DNA of 64,000 nt from Macrostomum lignano (GCA_002269645.1 NIVC01002518.1:44626-108625), one strand, 5' to 3'; shown: positions 41,258 through 59,300, counted from the stretch's first letter. Numbers and translations are program-made. Notes: generated from the sequence alone by a model not told the origin.

Positions 41258-41734
41258 CTTACTCTTATACGCTGTAATTTACACTTTCAGCCCCTGGCTG
41301 GCAGAGGAACCTGACCAGCAGTCACCTGTACGTGCTGATGGCGCACTGCCTGTGGTGCAAGGACGTAGACCGGAAGTACACCATTCCGCACTTGTGAGTT
41401 AAAGCTGATTTGAAGCCAGCTAGGCGAGTAAATGATATGCTTTGGGATGAGGGAAGGACGGGAGATGCAAGAGGGTTTAAGGGTGCAGGCGCACTACAGA
41501 GTGCCTGCCTCTTCAGGAGGCAGTAGCGACTGCTGCGACTCACACCTCAAAAAAACTCGAGTTCTGCTTGGCCGCAAAAAGCCTCTGTTAGGTCGTAGTG
41601 CAGCACGAGCAGGCAGGTGCAGCACTGCAGTCAGCTGGAAACAAGCATCTTCTTCCTTAGTTCACGCAGGAAATTTTGAGATTTGCCTTTTGAAAGGAAC
41701 GCCCTAAACCATGAAGATTGGAATCATACTACCG

Positions 41735-42318
41735 GCTGGAGTTTGGAGTCAGGCCATTGTCTGTAGTTTGGGGTCAGACCATTGTCTGGCTGGAGTTTGG
41801 AGTCAAGCCATTGTCTGGAGTTTGGAGTCAGACAATTGTCTGGCTGGAGTTTGGAGTCAGGCCAGTGTCTGGAGTTTGGAGTCAGGCCATTGTCTGGAGT
41901 TTGGGGTCAGGCCATTGTCTGGAGTTTGGGGTCAGGCCATTGTCTGGAGTTTGGGGTCAGGCCATTGTCTGGCTGGAGTCTGGAGTCAGGCCATTGGCTG
42001 GAGTCTGGAGTCAGGCCATTGTCTGGCTGGAGTCTGGAGTCAGACCATTGTCTGGCTGGAGTCTGGAGTCAGGCCATTGTCTGTCTGGAGTCTGGAGTCA
42101 GGCCATTGTCTGGCTGGAGTTTGGGGTCAGACCATTGTCTGGAGTTTGGGGTCAGGTCATTGTTTGGCTGGAGTCTGGAGTCAGGCCATTGTCTGGCTGG
42201 AGTTTGGGGTCAGACCATTGTCTGGAGTTTGGGGTCAGGTCATTGTTTGGCTGGAGTCTGGAGTCAGGCCATTGTCTGGCTGGAGTTTGGAGTCAGGCCA
42301 GTGTCTGGAGTTTGGGGT
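41735..42318. repeat. Minisatellite of about 25-29 bp, GGAGTTTGGAGTCAGGCCATTGTCT(GGCT)
   Basis: Direct reading of the sequence. Confidence 0.95.
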
Positions 42319-42854
42319 GTAAACCTTACCATCAGTTTATGAAATAGAAATTGATCAGCGGCTTAGTTAAGAAGTACAACAGAATTAGTTAAGTAAAAGG
42401 CTTGCCGGAGCCAGATTCCGAGCTCCATCTGCTTACAGTCTCGTTGAACATTAAGGCCACGCCATGCCAAGTGCTGGAGACGGGAGGTCATCAAGGATCA
42501 ATTCAAGCGCCTCCGCAGTTGAAGCCAGGAGCCTGAGACTCGAAACTCAGCTGCACGTCTCATCAGTGGCGAGGACACCTCGGACAGAGATGTGCACTTT
42601 TAGCCCTTCAGGCGCATTCTTCTTCGCCACCGCTCTGCAGGATGAAAAAGCTAATGAAAAAAGTCAGAACATCAAGCAAAGCGGCTTTGCTGTTGCTTTG
42701 CCGGTTGGACAAAATGGCGAAATCGATTAGCAAATGTTAGGCTTGTCGGATTCCAGACTTTCACTGCCGTCTGGAGGCGCTCGCGGGAATGAAATGACCG
42801 GTGGACAGCACAGATTCTGACCGGAGCACAACATCAGACACTCATCAGACACAT

Positions 42855-43150
42855 GGGAAGTGACTTTTAGAACACATCCGAAGTGACTATAGAAACACAC
42901 CGGAAGTGACTATAGAAAAACAACGGAAGTGACTATAGAAACACACCGGAAGTGACTATTAAAACACACCTGAAGTGACTATAGAAAAACAACGGAAGTG
43001 ACTATAGAAACACACCAGAAGTGACTATTAAAACACAACGGAAGTGACTATAGAAACAGAAGTGACTATTAAAACACAACGGAAGTGACTATTAGAAACA
43101 CACCGGTAGTGACTTAAAACACAACGGAAGTGGCTATTAAAATACACAGG
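42855..43150. repeat. Repeat of about 23 bp containing CGGAAGTGAC
   Basis: Unit ACACACCGGAAGTGACTATAGAA; it ends about 85 bp upstream of the GPCR acceptor. Confidence 0.92.
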
Positions 43151-43233
43151 AAGAGAATATGAGACGGAAACTGAACTGAAACCCGAAAGCGCCAGTATTC
43201 TCACCCAATATTCTCTAACTCTTCACGCCGCAG

Positions 43234-48018
<4,785 letters not shown>

Positions 48019-50280
48019 ATGGTAGAAACTCGCCGATCTGATTGAGCTTCTGCACCTGTTGAATGTCTGACTCTGGTTTGAAGAGCATATCACCTGGTCA
48101 GTGTCAATTTGTTTTAGTGTTCTCTGTTGTCAGAAAGTTGTCAAAGTTGATTTTTGATCTTACTGCTTTTGTAACTTAGCCTGCATTGCACTCCATTGAA
48201 ATTAGATGCTTCATACTAGAGTTACAGCACTAGTGTTACATCAAAGTGTTACAAGCCACAAAATTATTGTCAAGAATACAGTAACATTACTATTATTCCA
48301 TGCACCTGCCCAAGCCTGCAGCTCACTGAAGCTCTGCAAACTCAATAAATTCTGCAGCTCGGCACGCCAGTAATTCCTATATTACTTCCTCGTTGTGACG
48401 AATATCGAATTTTGTGACTTGAGTCAGTCAGAAGCTGAAATATGGAATATGCAATTAGAACTCTGGCACGTTGGTTAGATAGGATTTTGTAGGTTATTCA
48501 AGGTAAGAACTAGACATTCTGTATCAGCATACTTAAGCTTTAGGCAACATATTTGACACTGTCTATATAGCAGCTTTGGCCTTTATTATCCAGATATATT
48601 AACGTGACAAGAACAACAAGCACTCAGCAGCTTGCAGATACACGTCACAAGAATTGTTTCTCGAACCTCCCAAGTCTATACTCTCTTCATTAGACAAAAC
48701 AGGTCACATATTTGTTGTTAGCTCCATCAGCTTCTATTCTCATTTTCTTGACTCTACTCAGCACTTGAACACTTCATCGCCATCTGACAGGAGTAGTTCC
48801 ATCAGCTCAAACAGTCTTCTTGGCCAACTGGACAACTATCAGGAGGGTTCAGGCTATGCCTAAGATTAAATACGATAGATACCGGTAATACAAGGCGTGA
48901 CCAAAAAGAAGCGAGGACTGTTTTGTACTCGTAAATTCCAAAAAATTGCTTTGACCAAAATGAATCGATTATGCTCTTGAAGCATAGCTTCTCAGCTTTC
49001 ATACGAAGCAGCCGTATGCGCAGTCTGGTGCGTCTGCTATTTCTGCAGTGACTTCGATTTCAAAGTCAATGTCCGCAATGCATGGTAGGGAGCGAGTTAC
49101 GAACGTATGGATATTTGATAATTTATCCAGGTGAGGCCCATATAAGTGGCCCAAATGATTCCGGGATGGACGTGAGAATGTCGATAAAAAGTCTGGACAA
49201 CCCTCAACGTCAAGAACTGGCTTCCTGGCATGTGCCCAGGAGGTGAAGTTTTGTTTTTGGGACCCAAGGTTTTTGCTACCCGAGGTAAAACAGTGAAACA
49301 CCTCGAAGGAACAACATTTGAAGACTTGACAAGCCCTCCCCAAAGGAACAAGATTCTGTAGTTGACTGATTTCTTATTTTTTAGTTATAAAAATTGTCGA
49401 GACGTTTTATGGAAGGAAAAATTATTTTATGGCTACCAGAATTTCACTTTCTCTAATATCCATGGACTAAAATTGTGAGTATGATCTATGAGATACTCTA
49501 TTAGCCCTTTAGATTTAGTCGCAATAATTAAAAACTAATTAAAGAAAGCAAGAAGCACTGAATGGAGTCGCTCGCATTAGCAGAGACTATTGGACGGCAT
49601 TGGGCTTGTGCTTGGAATATGCCGACTTAGTGCACAGTTCACTGCCTTTGAACTCCTGAACAGACTGCGGTCCCGGCGTCTTGTTAAATATCGCTTGATG
49701 GTCTTTCTCTAATTGGCACTTTAAGCTTATGTAGTACGAGATGCGACGTACGCTTGGGTCGACATGATACAGTCCACTCTGACTTGTATTTGAAAAATAG
49801 TCTATGGTCATAGACTGACTACCTCCACCCGAGCTGTTCTACCGAGACTGCGTGTTATTGCCTTTCTAGACCATAGACTACTAGCCTATAGGGAAGTCAA
49901 TGCATTCATTTGCAGTCGGGATGTAGTGGTATAACATGCGAGCGCCTGTTAAAGGAGGAGCCGGCCCAAGTTTCTGAGCATCCCTACTTCAGAACAATAT
50001 ACCATTGTATATATACTTTTAGCACTTGCATTTCACAGTCAAGATTGCTTTAAAAATGTATGCACACTTCATATTAGTTAATATGTAGTGCATGCGCCCT
50101 TGTCAGTTGGCAGGGCGCGTTGCACTTTGGGGCTGGTTGGGGGGGTTGGCGGGCGTGGCAGGGTTTGGCCGCCGGCCGGGCTTTGCGCGTGCCCCTCCCC
50201 AGCCGTGCCCCTGCCCCGTGCTCAGGGCTGGTTGGCTGCGGCCGGGCCAGCTTTGGCGCGGGTGCAGCCCCTCCCCCCTT

Positions 50281-50298
50281 AGGCGGGGTTTTGATTGG
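50281..50298 (+). promoter_or_regulatory. GC box plus inverted CCAAT box in a GC-rich island upstream of ATG 50370
   Basis: AGGCGGGG at 50281-50288 and ATTGG at 50294-50298 within a CpG-rich stretch (50100-50350). Function is inferred. Confidence 0.35.
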
Positions 50299-50369
50299 CT
50301 GGGCCGGCGTGGTTTGTTTTGGTGAGCTTAGCCGGTGGGGCCGTCTGCCCCAGGGTTTGGGTGCTATTT

Positions 50370-53300
50370 ATGGTGCGACTCTGGCTCTTGCCCACCTCCT
50401 GCGTGCTTTTTGTGTTTTGGTGTGCTCCGAGAGTGCAAGCGCGAGACCTGATAAAAGAAACAGCAACATTAGCTACTTCGATAAAAGAAACAGCAACATT
50501 AGCTACTTCGATAAAAGAAACAGCAACATTAGCTACTTCGATAAAAGAAACAGCAACATTAGCTACTTCGATAAAAGAAACAGCAACATTAGCTACTTCG
50601 ATAAAAGAAACAGCAACATTAGCTACTTCGATAAAAGAAACAGCAACATTAGCTACTTCGATAAAAGAAACAGCAACATTAGCTACTTCGATAAAAGAAA
50701 CAGCAACATTAGCTACTTCGATAAAAGAAACAGCAACATTAGCTACTTCGATAAAAGAAACAGCAACATTAGCTACTTCGATAAAAGAAACACAATAGCC
50801 TAATCGAGAAGAGTCTTGGAGAATTAAGAAGAAGTCGGAAACTGCGCTTGAGACCTGCGAATAATAAACGGTGAACAGTCATCTGGCCACTGGTAAGCCG
50901 CCTGCTGTTTGAGTCCTTTCTTTTCGGGAAGCTTGCTAGGCCGAATTCTTGCCAGAGCGTCATAACGCCGGGAGACCATATAGCTTCTGTAGTACGGTAC
51001 CGTTTACCATATATATTGCGTACGCCCTACGGTATAGAGAATAGAAGCACTCGAGAGTGTCACCACACCTCGAGCCGCAGCGTGAACTCTGAGTGTCACA
51101 ACACCAGAGGGATCGAATTATTATCGCAGAGCGTCGCCACGCCTGCTCGTCGTATTCATAAAAGTACAGACAGAGCGTCACAACGCCTGTTATATCACAT
51201 ATAATATATATTGTACTCGGGACTGGGCACCCAAGCCGACCCGGGTCACAACAAATACAAGCTAACTAAATAAACTGTTAGGATTTATTGTGATTGACTG
51301 TCAATCCCTCCTCCTTCAGTTCGTTGCGTGCTACGCGCGTGCAGGTGGCACTTGTGACTGTTGCTGAGTTTACTTAGATCTTGAAGCAGCTATGCTGCCA
51401 GAGAACTGTTTTAAAAATAGAACCTACACGCTTCACTACATATCCATAGCCACCCTTCTCTCTCTCTCAAAAAGTTTTTTCTTGAATGCAATTGCGCGTT
51501 TAATTATAGCTCATAAATTGAATTGGCTCCAGTGTACACCACACTATACACGGTAGCAAAGTGGGGTAATGTACACATCGCATCTGATATAGCTACGAGT
51601 AATGGATATTTTAGACGTTAGTTCCATGTTGGCCGATCCTGTGCCTTTATCTCACATTGCTATCGAATCTGCACTGATTAGCAATAGGCCTAATTGGCAT
51701 TGGCACTGTGACCAGTTTTTATCTGCATATCCAAATGAATTGGCGCAATCAGGCCGCTGCCCTGATTGAACTGTGCCTCCTCCTAGGTAAGTTATAATTG
51801 GCCTGTAAATTGGCTTCGAGTTATCGCTTATTGTCAGGTAGCCGGCACTGGCATGAAAGCGGCGCGGCGGCGGCATCAAACGAACGCCCCGCGATGGCGA
51901 GTTCCAAACACACCGGGGGGGGGGGGGTTCTACCCCTCCTTCCTTTGATCTGTGGGACGCCATAAACTCACGGATGCAAAAGAGGCTGCGTGGAAATCAC
52001 ACGCGATGCGGGCCCGTATAGGAAAGAACAGAAACACCGGCTGAACAGATAAGACCTAGAGGTGGTAAACTACTCGTAATTACGTACAGTGCGAATGCGA
52101 AGGTAAAAGAATCGCAGATGTTATCGATGCGTTTGTATTGTAAGGCACAATCTAATTTTGTTTTTTGTTCTTCTGTCCTCTTCGAAAAATCTAAGAGATC
52201 ATTGAGCAAATTTTCGAGGCTTTACTAAAAATGCATGAGTATTTGGTAGGGCTACGGACTACCGGGTGAGTATTGGGTAGGGCTACGGACTACCGGGTGA
52301 GTATTGGGTAAAGTGGCAGACTACTGGGTGAGTATTGGGTAGGGCGGCAGACTACCGGGTGAGTATTGGGTAGGGCAGCAGACTACCGGGTGAGTATTGG
52401 GTAGGGCGGCAGACTACTGAAAGAGCAAAGTTAGCCAAAATACTGACAGTAATGGAGCCCGCTCTGAGCTAGGCAGACTGCCCTTGTCATACAATATCTG
52501 AAAGATAATTATGCAGTACCGGGCCTTACTATAGCAAATCGCCCCAGACTCCATCATCCCTCGAGGCTAGTCGGGAATCCATTTTACAGTAAGGCTGGCA
52601 TTACAGCTGAAGTGAATAACGAAATCACACGAAACTGTCACCATGGACGAGTAGAAAGTCAATCGGAACACACAAAACCGGTTTTGAATTATAACAGATT
52701 TTAGAGACACTGGAAACAGAGAGTGGAGAACTCTGCAGAGCAAAGTCACTGCAGCTTCAAATGGTACTACTCATTGTACTCAACAGAAAATTCCGCCCTA
52801 GAAATGTCCAATCCAGAATTCAGCGCACCCTACCTACCTGTCACAGTTTAGATTAGCAAACCATAAACTGTGATGTGAAACAGTGAGGACTACAAGACAT
52901 AAAGATCCCTTACGAGAACAGGGCCTGTCCAAAGTGCCATGTGGGGTAGAAAGTGAAGTTCACTTCCTGTTCAAGTGCAGCTGGAACTTTTATAGTGCTC
53001 CCCGCGATAAATTTGAACTTAAAACCTCACTGCAGAGGATAAAAAGTTTACCTAATGACTCAAGAAGATGGATAAACAATGAAAGTTCTAGCAAAACTCT
53101 TCAAATACATGACGCTAGCTAGGATGCAGAAAAAAGCTTGAATAATCTGCTAGCGCACGAGATTTTATCTCGAGTCACTTCGAGAAATATTCTTCATTCC
53201 CTAACTTTCTGAATTTATTTTTTTACTGTATTAATCAGTTTGCGTTTGCTTCTGATAAATATTAACATAAAATATAAAAATCAGCACCTTCGGAGTTCGA

Positions 53301-56300
53301 ATTTATTAGCAATAAAACCTATCATAATCGAATTCGCAGGAGCTGCAGTCAACCAGTCATCCGGCAACTCGCGGAGCCTGAACGAACTCAAAGTGAGGTC
53401 ATGGGCCTGTCTCGTGGCGACCGGTGCAGCCGCAGCAGCCACAGCGCCTGTCAAAAGGGCCTGGAGTATCGCGGCATTGACTGCACCTGTCACAGGTGTC
53501 CGCAAGCCGGCGAGAGGCCCAGCCATCCGGTCCAGAGAGTCAGGCTGCGCTGCATCAGCCTCTTGAGTCTGTGCGAGCCACCCGAGGTCACAACTGCGAG
53601 TGTGTTTGACTTCGGAATGGAAATCGGTCAGGAGAGGAGTGGGTCAGAAGAGAGTGGGTCAGGAGAGAGTGGGTCAGGAGAGGAGTGGGTCAGGAGAGAG
53701 TGGGTCAGGAAAGAGTGGGTCAGGAGAGGAGTGGATCAGGAGAGGAGTGGATCAGGATCGAGGAGTGGGTCAGAAGAGAGTGGGTCAGGAGAGAGTGGGT
53801 CAGGAGAGAGTGGGTCAGGAGAGAGTGGGTCAGGAGAGGAGTGGGTCAGGAGAGGAGTGGATCAGGATCGAGGAGTGGGTCAGAAGAGAGTGGGTCAGGA
53901 GAGAGTGGGTCAGGAGAGAGTGGGTCAGGAGAGGAGTGGGTCAGGAGAGAGTGGGTCAGGAGAGAGTGGGTCAGGAGAGAGTGGGTCAGGAAAGAGTGGG
54001 TCAGGAGAGGAGTGGGTCAGGAGAGAGTGGGTCAGGAGAGGAGTGGGTCAGGAGAGAGTGGGTCAGGAGAGAGTGGGTCAGGAGAGGAGTGGGTCAGGAG
54101 AGGAGTGGGTCAGGAGAGAGTGGGTCAGGAGAGGAGTGGGTCAGGAGAGGAGGGGGTCAGGAGAGGAGTGGATCAGGATCGAGGAGTGGGTCAGAAGAGA
54201 GTGGGTCAGAAGAGAGTGGGTCAGGAGAGAGTGGGTCAGGAGAGAGTGGGTCAGGAGAGAGTGGGTCAGGAGAGGAGTGGGTCAGGAGAGGAGTGGGTCA
54301 GGAGAGAGTGGGTCAGGAGAGGAGTGGGTCAGGAGAGGAGGGGGTCAGGAGAGGAGTGGATCAGGATCGAGGAGTGGGTCAGAAGAGAGTGGGTCAGGAG
54401 AGAGTGGGTCAGAAGAAAGTGGGTCAGGAGAGAGTGGGTCAGGAGAGGAGTGGGTCAGGAGAGAGTGGGTCAGGAGAGAGTGGGTCAGGAGAGGAGTGGG
54501 TCAGGAGAGAGTGGGTCAGGAGAGAGTGGGTCAGGAGAGAGTGGGTCAGGAGAGAGTGGGTCAGGAGAGAGTGGGTCAGGAAAGAGTGGGTCAGGAGAGG
54601 AGTGGGTCAGGAGAGAGTGGGTCAGGAGAGAGTGGGTCAGGAGAGGAGTGGGTCAGGAGAGAGTGGGTCAGGAAAGAGTGGGTCAGGAGAGAGTGGGTCA
54701 GGAGAGGAGTGGGTCAGGAGAGAGTGGGTCAGGAAAGAGTGGGTCAGGAGAGGAGTGGGTCAGGAGAGAGTGGGTCAGGAGAGAGTGGGTCAGGAGAGGA
54801 GTGGGTCAGGAAAGAGTGGGTCAGGAGAGGAGTGGGTCAGGAGAGAGTGGGTCAGGAGAGAGTGGGTCAGGAGAGGAGTGGGTCAGGAGAGAGTGGGTCA
54901 GGAGAGGAGTGGGTCAGGAGAGAGTGGGTCAGGAAAGAGTGGGTCAGGAGAGGAGTGGGTCAGGAGAGAGTGGGTCAGGAGAGGAGTGGGTTAGGAGAGA
55001 GTGGGTCAGGAGAGGAGTGGGTCAGGAGAGGAATGGGTCAGGAGAGAGTGGGTCAGGAGAGGAGTGGGTCAGGAGAGAGTGGGTCAGGAGAGGAGTGGGT
55101 CAGTGCTTTAATAAAAAGAGTAATTTAGCTGCATCATGAGGTCTATCTCAATAATAAAATCTGAGCAAGGCAGAAAGTGTTCGAAATTTACTTACTAAGT
55201 AGTGGAAAGGTGGAACGAACGCTGCTCAAACCGAGACAGACACGGGGACCCACATTTCTTACAGGTGCTCTATACACAACTTACAGGGTAAAGGTGCTGC
55301 AGCGAAGGCTGTTATTTTGTCTCAGTAGTGCTATTGATTGAGCTGAAAGTGTTGAAAGCACAATTAAAGATGAGTTCAATAAGAGGGCTCTGTCCGCTAA
55401 ACGCTGATTGAAAAACAGGTTAATATGTGGGGAGGCGAAACTTCCAGCTAAAACGTATAAGCGACTGCATCGCAATTAATGACTTTGATTACAGGTAAAC
55501 AGCAGTCACGAGAGAATTTCCAAGAAAATATTTCTTTAGCAATTCGGGTCTTTGTTTGTTGCTTTTGACTGACTTGTGAAAATTTGAGACAACGTCAGGG
55601 CTCCCTTTTATTATTATCGATTTGAGCTGCCCTGTAAGCACCTGCTCCAGTAGAAGGGACCGCGGAATTGTTTTCGAAGAAGTTTTAGACTGTCTTGACA
55701 CTCCGTATGTGAATGTTTCCTTGTAATTAATAGTTCACTGCAAACTTTTATCGACTGCACGCTGATCTGTGCCATAGCGACCACTTAATCTGAGTCAGTT
55801 ATCAGCTGATCTAAGCCAAAGACACGGGTCTGGGCCATAGACATTAGCTTACCTAAGCCAAAGGGTCTGGGCCATAGGCACTATAGCTTATCTAAGCCAA
55901 AGACACGGGTCTGGACCATTTTTTTTAGAGGCAGGGGGTTTGTGTGCACCCTGGCGCACTTTAAGCGACATAGGCACACAACCGGCGAGAGGCATTACTG
56001 CCCATTCCGCCGACTCCCCTGAGCAGGCATACAAGCGCGCGGATACGTACGCAGGCACACACTCACACAGGAGTGTACAGCGGCCCTAACTTTATTTTAT
56101 CGTTAGGCATTTACACTTCACTGCGCCTTGGGCGGTTGGCTCTCAAGGCCGTTAATTGCACGAGCAGAGCCAAGCCGAGATTCCAATTCAGCCCCAAATT
56201 AATGTGACTGCACTTGGAATCGAGCCTGGGCCGCTGGTACACCAGAGCCTGCGCTAGACCGCTGGGCTACGGCCCCCCAAAAGGTCTGGACCATAGAGAT

Positions 56301-59300
56301 TAGCTTATCTAAGCCAACGGGTCTGGGCCATAGACATTATAGCTTATCTAAGCCAAAGACATGGGTCTGGGCCATAGACACTATAACTTATCTGGGCCAT
56401 AGACACTATAGCTTATCTGGGCCATAGACACAAAGAGACGGTATGTTCTGCACCATAAACAACAGCTGATTTGGGTGATTGATAAATTTCGTAGAAAGTC
56501 GCACTTTTGAAGCAAGTTCACATATTTTGATAATCTACAGTAGCACTCATTTTTCTGAAGTTTGCAAGGAGCTTAGAGTGAGCGCCAAGCGTGTGGTGCA
56601 TAAATACCGGTACATAGTCATGAATACATAGTAAAACGACGGAGACGGACGGGAGTGCAATCTAATTGTAACTGAGGTGAGAAGTGAGAGCTCAAGAACT
56701 TTCCGAGTTAACCAAACCGTCTGCCCCAGTCGGTTGGAAATCAAGCTGACAAGCTCTAAGAGGTACTCGACACGGAGACGACTGGGTCGAGAGAGCACTT
56801 TGAGCTAATATGACTCATGAAGTAGTCATTAACAATGAGAGCATATGCCGCATGCCAAATGCGGTCGTGGGTTCCCCAGCGCGAAGGAATCTGCGGGTAT
56901 TTTTAGCCCAATTATGCTCCTGCCGTTCAGATATCTGGTCTAAATGTCTGAGCAGTGTCTGAGCACTAATCCTTGTGGAGTTCAATAGAGCAGAACAAGA
57001 AATACGAGTCCGGAGTCTGCAAACCGCCGGGGTCTGAGTCGTCTGAAAGATATTCGCTATTACCAGATACAGCATATAATGCCACATGCAGCTAAAGTCC
57101 TACCTGAATCAAGCGTGTGGATGTCGGTAACAGTTTACGGTCATTAGCGTTGACCAAGAATTGCACTGTATGGAAATGTGTATGAGATAATTGGTTTTCA
57201 CTTCTGCAAAGGATTTATCAGGTCAGCTAAAGCCCCTACACGTATCTTCAGGTGAGCTAGCCCTACAGGTAACACCACTACCTAACACCAAATTTAGTAT
57301 GCAGGTAAGATAAGACAGAAAAGTCAGGTACCGTGAACCACATCCGGGACGATAAGGTCACAAATCATCGATTATCAGATGGAATGAAACCACCAAATAA
57401 TCAGATTGGATTTCATCAGATGTGCTAACCTGCGATGAACTCAATACTCAAATTTGCAGGCCCCCTCAACCAGCTGTCCTGCCAGAGGGCCTACCTGGGT
57501 AGCGAGGCAGCCTGCGGCACGGCTGCGGTCCGAGGCTGCCCGGCCGACAGCTACCTGACCCGGGTTGCTCCTGTGAGATGTGCCCGAGCCGAACGACTTT
57601 CAGCAGCGGCTTCGAACTGGACTGCCTGCAGCTGCTGGGCTTCTGCCAAGGTGCCCAACTTCTTGCGGGCGGCGAGACTGGGACAAATCCTGACCAGGCG
57701 ACGACTACCCTCAGCGAACCAAGTGTGATTGTTAGGACACTATCGACAGCTGTTTCCGGTTTGTCAGTTATGGATGAGCTTCTTAGTGCCTAATGCCTCC
57801 CGGTTCCCTCCCGGTTCCCTCCCGGTTCCCTCCCGGTTCCCTCCCGGTTCCCTCCCGGTTCCCTCCCGGTTCCCTCCCGGTTCCCTCCCGGTTCCCTCCC
57901 GTTCCTCCCGGTTCCCTCCCGGTTCCCTCCCCCCCTCCCGGTTCCCTCCCGGTTCCCTCCGGTTCCCTCCCGGTTCCCTCCCGGTTCCCTCCCGTTCCCT
58001 CCCGGTTCCCTCCCGGTTCCCTCCCGTTCCCTCCCGGTTCCCTCCCGGTTCCCTCCCGGTTCCCTCCCGGTTCCCTCCCGGTTCCCTCCCGGTTCCCTCC
58101 CGGTTCCCTCCCGTTCCCTCCCGGTTCCCTCCCGGTTCCCTCCCGGTTCCCTCCCGGTTCCCTCCCGGTTCCCTCCCGGTTCCCTCCCGGTTCCCTCCCG
58201 GTTCCCTCCCGGTTCCCTCCCGGTTCCCTCCCGGTTCCCTCCCGGTTCCCTCCCGGTTCCCTCCCGGTTCCCTCCCGTTCCCTCCCGGTTCCCTCCCGGT
58301 TCCCTCCCGGTTCCCTCCGGTTCCCTCCCGGTTCCCTCCCGGTTCCCTCCGGTTCCCTCCCGGTTCCCTCCGGTTCCCTCCCGGTTCCCTCCCGGTTCCC
58401 TCCCGGTTCCCTCCCGGTTCCCTCCCGGTTCCCTCCCGTTCCCTCCCGGTTCCCTCCCGGTTCCCTCCCGGTTCCCTCCGGTTCCCTCCCGGTTCCCTCC
58501 CGTTCCCTCCCGGTTCCCTCCCGGTTCCCTCCCGGTTCCCTCCCGGTTCCCTCCCGGTTCCCTCCCGGTTCCCTCCCGGTTCCCTCCCGGTTCCCTCCCG
58601 GTTCCCTCCCGGTTCCCTCCCGGTTCCCTCCCGGTTCCCTCCCGGTTCCCTCCCGGTTCCCTCCCGGTTCCCTCCCGGTTCCCTCCCGGTTCCCTCCCGG
58701 TTCCCTCCCGGTTCCCTCCCGGTTCCCTCCCGGTTCCCTCCCGGTTCCCTCCAGGTTCCCTCCCGGTTCCCTCCCGGTTCCCTCCCGGTTCCCTCCAGGT
58801 TCCCTCCAGGTTCCCTCCCGGTTCCCTCCCGGTTCCCTCCCGATTCCCTCCCGATTCCCTCCCGATTCCTCCCGGTTCCCTCCCGGTTCCCTCCAGGTTC
58901 CCTCCCGGTTCCCTCCAGGTTCCCTCCAGGTTCCCTCCAGGTTCCCTCCAGGTTCCCTCCAGGTTCCCTCCCGGTTCCCTCCCGGTTCCCTCACGGTTCC
59001 CTCACGGTTCCCTCCCGGTTCCCTCCCGGTTCCCTCCCGGTTCACTCCCGGTTCCCTCCCGGTTCCCTCCCGGTTCCCTCCAGGTTCCCTCCCGGTTCCC
59101 TCCCGGTTCCCTCCAGGTTCCCTCCCGGTTCCCTCCCGGTTCCCTCCCGGTTCCCTCCCGGTTCCCTCCCGGTTCCCTCCCGGTTCCCTCCGATTCCCTC
59201 CCGGTTCCCTCCCGGTTCCCTCCAGGTTCCCTCCCGGTTCCCTCCCGATTCCCTCCCGGTTCCCTCCCGGTTCCCTCCCGGTTCCCTCCAGGTTCCCTCC

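Noticed and set aside
48640-49811. Short minus-strand ORFs (48802-49002, 48999-49343, 49587-49811)
   Set aside because: No recognisable motif or consistent splice signals; left unannotated.
50954-51187. CRISPR array
   Set aside because: 16-bp degenerate repeats, irregular spacers, eukaryotic context and no cas genes.
53281-53593. Alternative minus-strand exon reading (LGWLAQTQ...LRELPDDW) joinable to 57550-57760
   Set aside because: The plus-strand reading has higher GC3, two homologous Cys modules, a TM exon and a polyA signal; the minus reading is treated as shadow.
53627-55139. Ser/Gly/Glu-rich ORFs of 460-575 aa
   Set aside because: Minisatellite translation; only the unique 5' part (53340-53626) is treated as exon.
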